A program made the position numbers and the translations under genes. Shown piece by piece: positions 26,737-40,327 of a stretch of DNA of 64,000 nucleotides; within the stretch, counting starts at the first letter, position 1, and every line of letters begins with the position of its first letter. The stretch lies in contig OX597819.1 of NCBI GenBank assembly GCA_951406725.2, forward strand, positions 96,472,001 to 96,536,000, written 5' to 3'. This DNA comes from Octopus vulgaris. Taxonomy: Eukaryota. The notes beneath the pieces are model-generated. The model worked only from the letters and a program-made list of their open reading frames with translations, had not been told where the DNA came from and did no database searches.

Positions 26737-27309
26737 TCACTATCTTCTCCACCTCTGTCATGCACACAAATAAATTTTATTATATGAAACGTTGTCAGTA
26801 TCTTTCGAAGCAGAGCTGTGCATAACTGTCGCGAACAACTCTGCCTGGGGCGAAACTCTAAATACACTGCCAACTTTACAATTTACCAAGAGGAAGAGCA
26901 AGCAAATATCAATGTCCCTTTCTTGTTTTTCTAGAGCGGTGTGATTATTGAAGCTGATATCTAACTGGTGTTTTTGTAGGTCAATGCTGACAGGAAATGT
27001 ATGGATGAGTATGAAATTTCAGAGTTGTAGTCATGGCAAGAAAGGGCTGGCCAAAGTGTTTAGTATTGTAGTTTCCAAGGTAAGACTCTGTAATCATGGA
27101 ACGATGAGTAACACATTGGTAGGATGGGCCTGTACAGATTAATAGTTCAGGAGAAACAGGGACCATTATAGCATTAATAGAATAGGCAAAGACGGGAAAG
27201 TTTGCATGTGTTTGACTATGTCAGTTGGTAAATGAATTATTTTCAGGCTGACAGTTAGTGTTCCTTTGAATGTGTTCTTGGATGTTTCTTTGAGTACAGC
27301 AGAAGTTCT

Positions 27310-27889
27310 TTTCTACTTTAGGCACAAGGCCCGAAATTTTAGAGGAGGGAGCCAGTCGATTAGATCGACCCCAGTATGCAACTGGTACTTAATTCATTGT
27401 GCCCGAAAGGATGAAAGGCATAGTCGACCTCGGCAGAATTTGAGTTCAGAACGTAAAGACAAACGAAATACCTATTTCTTTACTACCTACAAGGGGCTAA
27501 ACACAGAGAGGACAAATAAGGACAGACAAACGGATTAAATCGATTATATCGACCCCAGTGCGTAACTGGTACTTATTTAATCGACCCCGAAAGGATGAAA
27601 GGCAAAGTTGACCTCGGTAGAATTTGAACTCAGAACGTAGCGGCAGACGAAATACCTATTTCTTTATTACTCACAAGGGGCTAAACATAGAGGGGACAAA
27701 CAAGGACAGACATAGGTATTAAGTCGATCACATCGACCCCAGTGTGTAACTGGTACTTAATTTATCGACCCCGAATGGATGAAAGGCAAAGTCGACCTCG
27801 GTGGAATTAGAACTCAGAACGTAGCGGCAGACGAAATACCGCTAAGCAGTTCGCCCAGCGTGCGAACGTTTCTGCCAGCTCGCCGCTTT
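27310..27889 (-). mobile_element. Family A SINE with three tandem body units, inserted as one piece
   Basis: Three repeats of the gactttgcctttcatcc..ggggtcga body joined at gaaatacctatttc; 17 bp TSD agta(c/t)agcagaa(g/a)ttct at 27293-27309 and 27890-27906. Confidence 0.9.
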
Positions 27890-28906
27890 AGTATAGCAGA
27901 AATTCTGTTCCGGGTATGTGACAGTTAGAGCACCTTGGGTCTTATATGGGCATTGAAGAAGCTTAACAACTTATCAACGCTCAAGTATTTCCTGGTACTA
28001 GAGAGGAATCCCGCTCTTTTGTATATATGTTGGGTCACCGATAAAATACGCTAGTTATTGTGAGGTCTAGTAACTAGACCGATTCTGAAGGTGTTAGAAG
28101 AATACAAGACTAGAGGGGTGACGTATGTGTAACTGTTGAAAGACACCAGTGATATTTTTTCATTGAAGGACAGTTTCGATTTCATCGTTGATAGTGGGAA
28201 AGCATTTTAGGTGCAAGGCATTTAGGTGTGGTCTGTGTTAGGTGCCTATTTTAACCGAGTCTCTCCATTAGTATAAACACTGCATTTATGTCAAGGGTAA
28301 ATGTCTCTCAGTTTCTCCGGGCTTTTGGGCAGGGGTCCTTGTCTGTACAATTGCAATACAGCTGTGAGCAACACGTTTCAGGGAACTGTAGTTACGGGTT
28401 TTGGTTTTGTGTAGCTTTTGGTGATACATAAATGCTGTTAGTGATTTCAGTCACCCGATTAGCGCAATTGGGTGAAATACATTTATGGTAAGAGGTACCT
28501 GTGAGAAGTGATGAAGTTCCGACCAACTAATTAATAAGTATACAGGATGTGCTGAGGTAAGGAGTATAAAGTGAGGGACTTTGATTATGGAGTTGCATAA
28601 CGATTCACTGGATGCAATTACGATGCAGCGAAGTAAATGTTGCGTTTGAAGGTTAGACAGACAACGAGTTTTTGGTTTTTAGGTGTTTTTGTTAAGGATG
28701 GCAAACGTTTTGGTCTCTGTGACATTAACATCGGTGTAAGTGGAATGATAGGGGACAAAAGCAATTGTGTACAATGAAGTTGGCGAAAATGGTGATTCCA
28801 GAGAGATCTGAACTAATATAGGTGTGTGTGTGTGTGTGTATATTTGTATGTATGTATGTATGTATGTATGTATGTATGTATGTATGTATGTATGTATGTA
28901 TGTATG

Positions 28907-28971
<65 letters not shown>

Positions 28972-30083
28972 CTTAGCTGAGGTCAACGTTTGTGTTTTTC
29001 TTTACACACACACACACATACATGTATATATATATCTGTATATACCCATTTATAAAGTTTTTATTATTGTGTATGTATGTATGTGAGTGTGTATGCATGT
29101 ATTTATATGCATGGACATTTGTGTTTGATTATTAAAATGAAGCTATACAAATATTGTTTATAGCTTAACATTAAACGTTTAATCAAATCTTCTATATCTA
29201 ATATGATGCTCTAAATTACAAACGGCAATGTAGAATTCAGTTTGAAAACACTGGCGTTTAGAGCTTCCGTTTATTGTGCTTTTCCCATTTCCAACATTAC
29301 GCAAAAGTATTTTAACACTTTGCTTTGAAGTTGGGAATTAATAAGATGCTTTTATCTCATACTGAATATTTAGTTTTTCTAATGATTCTTTGACAAGCGG
29401 ATTTCTCTCATTTTCAACTGAAAGTTGTCGAGTTGAGCGGTTTCTATCAAAAGTTTTCCTTTTGCCATCAAAATATTTAATCAAATGTGCTATGTGTTCA
29501 AAGGGGAAGGACTTTTATGAAGTTTTAGCTTGTTATTGTTATCGTACACAACATTGTTCAAATGTATTAAATCTTTGATCATCTTATCATATGTTCTGGC
29601 AGAATCGTAGCTTGCACTTGAGTATCCCAATATGTTCCTTCGTTTTCCAACATGCTAGGTCTGTTTCGGTGATGTAAATCCCATTTCTAACTGGCTGTAG
29701 CATTACATAATAGCTCTATCATGGAATTCAGACAACCATGTTATTATATGCTAATATTACTGTAGCTCTGTAACCATTCCAATAATTCAAATGGACAATT
29801 ATCAGCTTTTAGTTCAAATTCTTGTAAAGCTTTAAAATACTGTAATGAAAATTGAATCTATATACCTACCTATACTATGCATACATAAATATATATGATT
29901 ACAAATGAATTCTTCACATATGAACTAATACTCTATTTACGTATATGTGCGTTTATGCATACATATGTATATATGTACACGCACACACACACACAGACAG
30001 ACAGACACACTCTCTCTCTCTCTCTCTCACACACACAAACACAGACAGACGCACACACATATATATACATATATATACATATT

Positions 30084-30143
<60 letters not shown>

Positions 30144-30168
30144 GTACGTCTGTTTGTGTTTGTGCGTC

Positions 30169-30204
<36 letters not shown>

Positions 30205-30264
30205 AGTGTGTGTGTGTGCGCGCGCGCGGGAGTGTGCGCGCGCGGGGGCGTGTGCGCGCGCGAG

Positions 30265-31175
30265 TACGTCGGTTCCAACTCGTATCCGAGCATTGGGTTC
30301 GTCAGTTTCTATGCAGTCACCACGGCTGATCTTTGTGCCGAATGTGACTTTGGAGTCTAAGTCGGTGGTGAAAGAGTCGTGGGCAGAATTCGCACAGGAT
30401 GGTCGGTGCGGGTTGAGGATGTTGAAGACGCTCCTTTCTTACCCCGCGTTTTACCTCCCTCATTCTATTGTCAGTTCTGCTCGAAGGAGCTGGCTCCATT
30501 GAGGATAGTAGTCCTCCAAGCTGTCCTATCCATAGCAATCTATTCCCATGAGGATAGTTAGATGTTAGTTTGAGCCAGGGTTTGTTTGAGCTGGTCTTTA
30601 AAACGGAATTTCGGACCCTCTCTGTACAGCATGATCCTCAGGAGACGAGAGGGTTCCGAACGCTGAACGTGACCTTTCCAGCGAAGACGATGGCTAAGAA
30701 TGGTGGCTTCGACGCTTGGTACTGATGCGCGGTGAAGAACCTCTTTGTTGGTAATGTGAATTTCCCATCGTATATTGAGGATCTGTCGTAGCTTGTATTG
30801 TTGGAAGCATTCAAGGCGCTTGAAGTCACGGCGGTACAGCGTCCACATCTCACAAGCGTAGAGAAGAGTTGACAGGACAATGGCATGGAAGACCATGATC
30901 TTTGTCCAGATGGTCAGGGTGTGATTGAAGAATACACGTTGGCTGAATCTAGCGAAGGCGGAGTGGGCCGCCTTGATCCGGTTCTTCACGTCCTTTTCAC
31001 ACGTGGTGGTGGTGGGGGTCTTCGAAAGTATATTCTCAAGGTATGAGAAGTGTTCAACTTCGCCTAGGAGTTGGCCGTTGATGTTAATGTTCGTGGGTGG
31101 ACTGTTCTGGTCTGGTACAAGTTGGATAAGGGTCTTGGTCTTTAATGTGTTTACCTGCATCCTGAAGCGTTCGTG
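30265..31175 (-). mobile_element. RTE-clade LINE 3' fragment (RT C-terminal part and terminal Cys/His motif)
   Basis: ORF 30558-31160: INGQLLGEVEHFSYL, RIKAAHSAF, TKIMVFHAIVLSTLLYACEMW, RLRWKGHVQR; then CEFCPRLFHHRLRLQSH; 5'-truncated. Confidence 0.9.
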
Positions 31176-31259
31176 AGCCGCATTTTAAAGACCGGCTTTC
31201 TTATGTAGGCTCTCTGCTAGACATTTGGAAACGACATACTGTATTGCTTGGCATTCACG

Positions 31260-31951
31260 GAGCTTCAGTACGAACAGATGGTGAACACACAGAACAACTG
31301 TTGACTTGCCGTGTCTCCAAAACTTGTGCGGAGAGTGATAAAAATCAAACATCCAGTCAACATCATGGTATTAGTAGTGATCACTAGTGATGGCGACGTT
31401 ACGCTTCTATTCGTCTTCCCGTACGGCCTCTGACTCAGCATGGAGGTCTACATCGAATACCTGGAGGAGATAGTGCAGCCCTGGATGAAGAGGGTGGTGC
31501 TGGAAGACCCTATGTCCGGCAACAGCACTCTACACGATGCTGCACAAGCAAGAGAGCCCAGTCATGACCGTCAGACAATTTCTGCGACCACATCACCCCT
31601 AACATCTGGCCACCTAGTTCCCCATATTGAAACCCCCTTCATTATTATGTGTGGGGCTCAGTTGAGCGAAAGACCAACAAAACTCCTAGTAACACTAAAG
31701 ATGAACTGAAAGCAAGAATTATGGCAGCACTCACCAATTTAAACAAGGAGACAGTCTAGAACAGTTGCAGGAGATTCCGAAGTGATCTGGATGCCTTGGT
31801 TGAAGCCTATGGCGATTTCTTTGGATAAGTTTACTCCTTAGTATTTCAATATATTTTTATGTAGTTTTGCTAAACATATTTGTTAAAATGAGATGTCTAT
31901 GTTATTTTCATTTCTGTGACATGTAGACGATAATAGATTCACCGCACCCTG
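31260..31951 (+). mobile_element. Decayed maT/DD37D-like transposon, 3' portion
   Basis: KHPVNIMV..ITSDG, YIEYLEEIVQPW, GRPYVRQQ, IWPPSSP..NPLHYYVWG, CRRFRSDL.A.VEA.G; ends ttcaccgcaccctg|TA. Confidence 0.85.
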
Positions 31952-32279
31952 TATATGTTGGTATGTATGCTTTTGTTCTTTCTATTATCTCTTTCCTTTC
32001 TGGAAGTTAGCGATTCGGTAGAAACATCAGCCATAATTAGAGAGATCTCAGAACTCGGATAATAATAAAAGCCAGGAAATTGCTCTAATAGTTAATAAAC
32101 AATCCCCCATAGCTTGGGATTATTTAACTGTTACTCTTTATCTGTTTCCGACAACGTGAATAGCCACACAATACATAGATTCAGAAAAGTACTGATCAGA
32201 ATATTTAATATAAGAAATTCTATTCCAGCATGACCATTAGCAACAATCTAACAAACAATAATTTACTAATTAAATATGA

Positions 32280-33080
32280 CAATAGATTTCATCGCGAGAA
32301 AACACCGCCCTATTCAAAGTTAAATGAAGAAACCATATGCATGCAATCTCCCTAACATGCCGAAACGAACAATCTCGTAAACCACATTAGTAGAAGAGTT
32401 TACAGTCCCTCTTATATACGAGACATTTTCAACCAAGCTATTTCCTGTTATAACAATGTACTGGCAGGAAGCATCTGTAGTGAAAGTATTCCCAATGTAC
32501 ATGAAAACTCCCACAGAAAAGAGTAAGGAAGACAAAGTTTATTTTGTTCAGTTCTGTCAAACATTTCAAATTGAATATAATCAGTGTTATTGACAGGAAT
32601 ATCTTGTCCATCTTAAAAACTCATTTCCCAACCATCTTACTTACCACAAACACATGAAAGTGAGCTACGTTTAACCGGATAAGATCAATTCCCAGATCTT
32701 ACATCAAGTACTAAAATGCAGACTCAGCCAGCCCTCACCACAATATTCATTTTGCAAACTCCTCAGATTATCCACTTAGAAGATCATACATTCTTGAGGT
32801 AGTTATTTAAGGATAACATCTGTAGTGGTATCGAGAGGAATTATATGAAACTCACCACGCATTTACTTAAAAACTGTTACAACCAACACATACTACCATT
32901 CAGATTGATGCACTACATTCCTAACACTCTTTTTAACCGAGTTCGAAAACTGCGGTCGTAGTATAATAAAAGCAATCCCCATAGCCTAGAATGTCGTGGA
33001 CAGAGCAACCCCTTAAGTTAAAGTCCTCGCTGAAAGGATTTTATTAATGTTGTCATCAATTATATCATTTTATAATCAAA
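32280..33080 (+). mobile_element. Decayed Penelope-like element (RT linker to GIY-YIG)
   Basis: NNLVNHISRRVYS, DIFNQAISCYNNVL, MKVSY, KNCYNQHILPFR fragments in shifting frames. Confidence 0.6.
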
Positions 33081-33439
33081 GAATTTCTACAATACGTAAA
33101 ATCGGAATTTCTACAATACGTAAATCGGAATTTTAGCAGTCACCCGACAAACCAAAGTGCACTTCCCAATATAACAGTAAAATTAGCTACAGGTACCAAG
33201 AGTATTCCACAGATGGCGACACAGGCTCACATACTTCTGCATGGTTGCATCTACTCAATGAGAAACGACAAAACCTGTTTTTAATGAACAGTAGAGGTTT
33301 GTCACCACGATATATAAACGGATAAATTTATGGAAACTCGGAGTAGAGACGGATCGAAACATCTACAGCCTTCTAATAAATATGAATTTAAAAAATATAT
33401 ATTTAGTATATTTCATTAACTTCGTTTATAACCAACACA

Positions 33440-33610
33440 CAGACATACATATATGACGAGCTTCTTTCAGTTTCTGTCTACAAAATTCACTCACAAGGCT
33501 TTGGTCAGCCTGAGGCTATAGTAAAAGACACTTGCCCAAGGTGCCATGCAGTGAGACAGAACCCAGAACGATGTGGTTGGGAAGCAAGCTTTTTACCATA
33601 CAGCCACTCT
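33440..33610 (-). mobile_element. Family C SINE, 5' half
   Basis: Reverse complement of 18428-18583. Confidence 0.85.
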
Positions 33611-33620
33611 TGTGACTCTG

Positions 33621-33680
<60 letters not shown>

Positions 33681-33686
33681 CACACA

Positions 33687-34587
33687 CAAAAGGTCTGATC
33701 AATACATATCCGGACAGTTGCTGTAGTGACGAAGCTAAACCACACTCAGTGATGCCGCTCGACACAGATTTACCTTAAACTCTGCTGTGCATGCGCACTA
33801 AATTTTAACCTTTAGCTCACTTCCGCTAAAGGAAGGTGTGTAGCGTGTGATCGTCGCATTGACCATAACAGAGAAAGTTGTCATGGCGATACCTGCTCAG
33901 AGACCTACGGAAAGGTGCAGGAAGTGTCAGGAGAGGAGTGTATGAGCCGCATACAAGTGTATTAGTGATTCAGACGTTTCCTGGATAGCCGAAAAAATGT
34001 CGATACTGACGAACGTTCTGGGAAACCCACAACCAGCAGAACTGAGGAAAACATCGCAGATGTGCGTGTAGCTGTGAGTGGAAATCGTCGAATCACCATC
34101 CGTGAGTTATCAGAGGATGTGCAGATTAGTTACGGTTCAGTTCATTATCACTGAAGATTTGAGTATGAGACGTGACCAAAAAGACACCCGGGTTTCAGTT
34201 ATACAAGATGAAATACCCAGGATAAGAATCGAAACCGTGATTTCATCCAACAGCGCTTGTGGCATTAGATACACCCACAACTGATAAACCGTCAGTTACG
34301 ATGAAAACTTTTTGAAAACTTTGCATTGGCCTCGGAGCAGGTATCGCCCAACTTTCGGCAAAATTTGATGCAGATTCTCTACTCAACGTTCTCCGTCATG
34401 GTCAATGCAACGGTCACACGCTACACACATTCCTTCCAAGCACTGCTATAAACAGCGGAAGTGAGCTAGAACGTTAAAAGTTAGTGCGTACGCACAGCAG
34501 AGTTCAAGCTGTGTCAAGCAGCTTCAATTTTCGTGCTTTATCTTCGTTACTATGGCAACAGTTCGGATTGTTATTGATCAGTCCGCG
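33687..34587. mobile_element. Mariner derivative with long inverted arms, both from the transposase 5' end
   Basis: Left arm 33687-~33910 mirrors ~34330-34587. Plus strand encodes GDTCSETY..ERSGKPTTSRTEENI..NRRITIRELS; the right arm on the minus strand encodes MTENVE*RICIKFCRKLGDTCSE. Confidence 0.85.
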
Positions 34588-34825
34588 TATATATACACAT
34601 ATACATACATACATATAGGCATATATAAATACATACACAAACGCACGTATATATACCCACATATACACCAACACACTCATACATAATTTGCTGATACATG
34701 CAACTTTTACTGTCAGGATATCTGTACAACGTTTCATTAAAGTCAATCCATTCTCGCAACCTCATTTTGTCATTCTATTGTACAGCTGCGTTTCATTGGG
34801 TATTTCTATATAACTTGCTATCTAT

Positions 34826-34898
<73 letters not shown>

Positions 34899-34900
34899 GA

Positions 34901-34941
<41 letters not shown>

Positions 34942-35153
34942 ATGTCTGTCTGTATGTATGTCTGTCTGTCTGTCTGACTGTCTGTCTGTTTGTCTAGCTA
35001 TGTGCCTGCTCGATATCTCTCAGACTGCCTCAGTATCTCTTCTCACTGTTTGCGCGCGCGCGCGCGTGTGTGTGTACACAGATCATATACACATAAATTT
35101 ATTCATACACACAAACATATGTCGTCTGTGTACGTAAACAAACATATGTATTT

Positions 35154-35193
<40 letters not shown>

Positions 35194-35239
35194 CTTGTTT
35201 CAGTCATTGGATTGTGGGCATGCTGGAGCATATATATAT

Positions 35240-35281
<42 letters not shown>

Positions 35282-35584
35282 TGAACGGGAGGGAGGAAGA
35301 AATAGTGAAAGAGAAAGAAAGAGAGATAGACAGATAGAAATATATACATAAATACAGGCAGACACATATATAGCCTGCGTAAATTATATATATATAATTT
35401 TATTTTTATTTTATTATATCTAGTTTCAGCTCACGAGCTGTGGCCATGCTGGAAGGGAATATAATTCCAAACTTACAGGGAAAAATTCAATTTAGCATTT
35501 CTAAATGAAATTTCACAATATATAATATATGTATATAATTAAGAGGATAATATTTACTATAGTATATTTAATATATATAGTATA

Positions 35585-35641
<57 letters not shown>

Positions 35642-35709
35642 CTCAAAAACTTACAGTTGACATACATACACTCACACACACATATATGTAATATGTACCA
35701 TCCGAATAG

Positions 35710-35941
35710 GCTCTCTTTTACTTGTTTCAGTCATTTGACTGTGGCCATGCTGGAGCACCGCCTTTAATCAAGCAAATTGACCCCAGGACTTATTCTTTGT
35801 AAGCCTAGTACTTATTTTATCGGTCTATTTTGCCGAACCGCTAAGTTACGGGGACGTCAATACACCAGCATCGGTTGTCAAGCGATGTTGGGGAGACAAA
35901 CAGATACACACACAAACATATATACATACACATACATGTAT

Positions 35942-35972
<31 letters not shown>

Positions 35973-36148
35973 AATGCATGTATACGACGGGCTTCTTTCA
36001 GTTTCCGTCTACCAAATCCACTCACAAGGTTTTGGTCGGCCCGAGGCTATAGTAGAAGACACTTGCCCAAGGTGCCACGTAGTGGGACTGAACCCGGAAC
36101 CATGTGGTTAGTAAGAAAACTACTTACCACACAGCCACTCCTACGCCT
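35710..36148 (-). mobile_element. Full-length family C SINE with internal microsatellite
   Basis: Head (36148-35985), (TA/TG)n spacer, body and tail (35905-35710) match 63035-63495. Confidence 0.9.
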
Positions 36149-36571
36149 ATCAAATAATTTTTCTGTTATTTTTATTGTTTACGCAGTGTGATTGACCTCT
36201 TTTCTAAACTCATGCATGTAGCAATATTCCTTCGTATCTACAATATATTTATTCCCTGTGCTATTTATTCCCGGTTTTTACGTCTTAAGTTCAAATCTCA
36301 AATCTCAAAGGGGATTTACTTTGTCCTTTATCCCTTCGGGCTAAAGCACTTGGGAACGAGATAATCGGTTGCTACCATTACACAGATTTTAGACCTTGTG
36401 TCTAAATTAGAAACCGTTATTATTATTATCATTATTGTTCATATTAACACAATTATTTTATGTATTCATGCCTGTATGCCTATATATATATGTGTATGTA
36501 TATATATATATATATGTGATGTATATATATATATATATATATATGATGATATATATATATATATATATATG

Positions 36572-36622
<51 letters not shown>

Positions 36623-37018
36623 CACACACACACACAAATTCAAATATATGCTTGTGTATACACACACACACAGACACGTGCATATTTACATAAATACACA
36701 TATGTGTACACATAGTACAGACGCGTGTGCGCTCACCTTAATATACCTCACTATTATCCCTTTATAGTATACGTACACACACACACACGTAAATAACTGC
36801 GTACACATGTGTTCGTGTGTGTGTGTGTGTGTGTGTGTGTGCGTATGTGTGTGTGTGCGCGTGTGTCTGATAACAAATAGACGAAATATTTACAATATCC
36901 CTTCTATGCGGGTACTCACGCTATACTCTCACACACATACATATATACATACATACATACATACATACATACATACATACATACATACATACATACATAC
37001 ATACATACACACATACAA

Positions 37019-37053
<35 letters not shown>

Positions 37054-38096
37054 TACATAAATACATACATACGCACACGATACTGCACCGATATAGCCGC
37101 ACTCACATATACATAGATCTATACACACTACAATAGTATCTGTTTAATATTATGTATTTATTCATCCCTCTATTTACTCTTTCGACGTAATCTATTTATA
37201 TATTTATTCATTTTTCTTTCTTTTCTCGTTACTTTCCTTTGATATCTGACGTTGCACCGATCAATAACTGCACAAGAAACAACAAACACGCCATCATAAC
37301 TGAGTGGTATGTGAGTGTGTGCGCGTCTGTGTGTGAGTGTGTGTGAGTGTTTGTGTGTGCGTACACACACACATATATATATATATATTTATGTGTGTGT
37401 ATGTATGTATGTATGTTTTTATTTATATTATCTGTCTGTGTTTCTGTGTACGTTTGTGTGTATGTGCCAGCAGGCACTTCGGAAGACTTGTTAGTCGGAA
37501 AGAAGAAAGAAGCAGAGTTGAAAGGCAGAATTGATCAATGAATAAAAGCTGTGATCTCAGTTACTTGGCTGACGTAATACATCTAAGGTTGGCCAATGTA
37601 ACCCAGATTCACAGATCTTCTGCTACGGCTGCAGACTTGCAAGATAATAGAGGCTCCAAGGCTGCAGATAACATCAGTCGGAAAATATGCTAGAAATAAA
37701 CTCGGTCGCTTCTCTTCTGATCGTTCTCCAATGGAAACGGTAAAATAAAACCTGATCTATTCCCACCACCCCACCTTCAGCCTCCACTCGCTACTTGTTC
37801 GATTCGAAAGATAATAATTAAAAGACATCAGGAAAAAGCCTGCCTCAATGCTAAACTGTTACACAACTTCTCACTGTTTCTCGCAACACACCTCCACTTC
37901 GCTCTCATATTGTTGTCAATTTCACTTACTTCCGTTCGCTATTTCTTTTTTACTGTAGCTGCACTGAATTGTAGTGTAAGCTTCCGGAAAACTGAGTTTA
38001 TGATACGAGTTCGTTCTCCACATGAATCGTTTTATCATTCATAAGTCGAGACGACTGACACCTAGCACTTGTACAACTTCCTTCATATTGGTTCTA

Positions 38097-38270
38097 GATT
38101 TTGGCACAAGACCAGCAATATACTCCAGGTACTTATTATTTTATTGATCCTGAAAAGATGAATGGCAAAATCAACCTCGGCGGAATTTGAACTCAGAACA
38201 TAAAGACGGACGAAATGCCGCTAAGCATTTTTCCCGGCGTGCTAAAGGTTGTGCCAGCTCACCGCCCTTA
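38097..38270 (-). mobile_element. Family A SINE
   Basis: Matches 4650-4854. Confidence 0.85.
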
Positions 38271-38414
38271 AACATACTTCAAATTATTTGCAATATGTAC
38301 AAATGATATCAAATGATATCGAATGATTCAGCAAGACGGTAAAGCTTTCTTTTGCATATGTATATATATATATATGTATGTGTGTGTGTATATATGTATG
38401 TGTGTGTATATATG

Positions 38415-38515
38415 TTTGTGTGTATCTGTTTGTCCCCCCAACTTCGCTTGACAACCGATGCTGGTGTATTGACGTCCCCGTAACTTAGCGGTTCGGCAAA
38501 AGAGACCGATAAAAT
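38415..38515 (+). mobile_element. Family C SINE body fragment
   Basis: tttgtccccc..cgcttgacaaccgatgctggtg..ccccgtaacttagcggttcggcaaaagagaccgat. Confidence 0.85.
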
Positions 38516-39124
38516 GTAGTTACAATGGTTACTGTTGTTAAAACAACAGACAAACTTACAATATGATGTGCTTGTGACTCGGTTTCAAAACTCTGATAAA
38601 TCTATTTCATCAAACATTTTTTTAAAAATGTGTCTGAACAACACAACACCCCATTTCAACTTCCACCTCCATCTCACAAGGAAGCCCAAGCTAATGGAGG
38701 GAGTTTTTCTGGTAGATATGACTGTCAACTCTCTTTAAATTACACACTACTGGGAATAGTTCTCTAAGCCTATTAATAATGAGGTCGGCAGTTGCAAAAA
38801 CTAAACTCGGAATCTGGAGAATTCAAGATTATTTCATCTCAGTTACGTTCGTATGAATAAACGAGTGTATCTGAAGCACTTTTACTTCATGACACCACTA
38901 TAATCGTTCGTGCATTTCTACTGCTTTTTAGGGTTTTTTTCCTGTTTTTCAGCTACTATTTTCGGAATGACTTTATCCCCCCTCCATTTTCTCGCAAATT
39001 ATTATTTTTTTTTTTTGCCAAAACAAAATCAGCTTTTCGGATGCAGAGATTCCAGAAAATTGCCAAAAGTCGGAATTTTGAAATTTTTTGTCCCCTCCAA
39101 TTTCTTCATTTTTCACTTTTTCCG

Positions 39125-39190
39125 TAACCCTAACCCTAAAACCCCAAACCTAACTCTAAAATCCTAACCCTAAAACCCTAAAGCTAAAAC
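39125..39190 (-). repeat. Degenerate telomere-like (TTAGGG)n tract, probably inside an unclassified interspersed element (~38890-39690)
   Basis: taaccctaaccctaaaaccccaaacctaactctaaaatcctaaccctaaaaccctaa. Confidence 0.7.
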
Positions 39191-39973
39191 CAGTACAAAC
39201 ACCCGATGTCATAAATAACAGTGACAAACGTAATATACACTGCCGGAAGCTGTTGTTGACAAACAACAGCAGTAATTTTATTCAGCTGAATACACGACAT
39301 TGATTGGTTGAAATTACCGAAATACGACAAATTTAACACGAAATAACTTCGTAAATAGAAACTTTTCTCAACAACGCCAAGAGTAAAAGATGTTCTATAT
39401 GACACATTCTACCAGTATACGAAGTTTCAAAGTATTTAGTTAAAGAACATTAATTAATCGAGCTGCTCATGAAAAGGAAACGATCCGGTTATTCTATGAA
39501 GCATGTTTCGCTCTTTTTTGAGTTTGAATGCCGAAAAGAAGACCTTAGATTCCTGTAAGCTCATATGTTCTTCACGCGGTTTCATAAACTTCGTTAAAGT
39601 TGTTACTCTACATTTAAGCTGGTAACAGCATATAGTCAAACCTTTTAATTTCTTCCATAGAGTTAAGTATTTCCCATTTCTCATATATTACATACATATA
39701 CGGATGTTATTTCTGCTGGAGCAGAACTAGGTGCACTCACAATAACTACAGCAAAATAAATGTTTCCTCTTTTCTTTCTATCATATTTGTATATGTATTA
39801 TCAACCCTGTTATTTTGGAACATCTCGGAAACATTTTTACATATAGCTTATGTACAAATGATATGTTCATGTTGATAAGAATTTGTGTATAAATGTAGGT
39901 GTTCATTTCTCCTTATGTAGCTATGTACGAGCAGCATGAGTACATACGCATTCACAAATACATACATACGTAC

Positions 39974-40059
<86 letters not shown>

Positions 40060-40068
40060 CTGTGTGTA

Positions 40069-40127
<59 letters not shown>

Positions 40128-40134
40128 CATACAT

Positions 40135-40181
<47 letters not shown>

Positions 40182-40275
40182 TAGATAGATAGATAGATAA
40201 ATAAATAAGCACTCACACATACTTATATATGGAGATATGTAAATACATGTATGTGCTTATATGTGTGTATATATA

Positions 40276-40327
<52 letters not shown>

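Noticed and set aside
27310-27889. Regularly spaced repeats suggesting a CRISPR-like array
   Set aside because: The units are SINE bodies of ~180 bp with non-unique spacers; eukaryotic context and no cas genes
26930-28800. Possible old retroelement coding remnant on the minus strand around the trimeric SINE
   Set aside because: I could not recover diagnostic motifs by eye
33245-33352. Hammerhead-like 3' half (GAAACTCGGAGTA) downstream of a Penelope remnant
   Set aside because: The CUGANGA box and stem I cannot be convincingly placed
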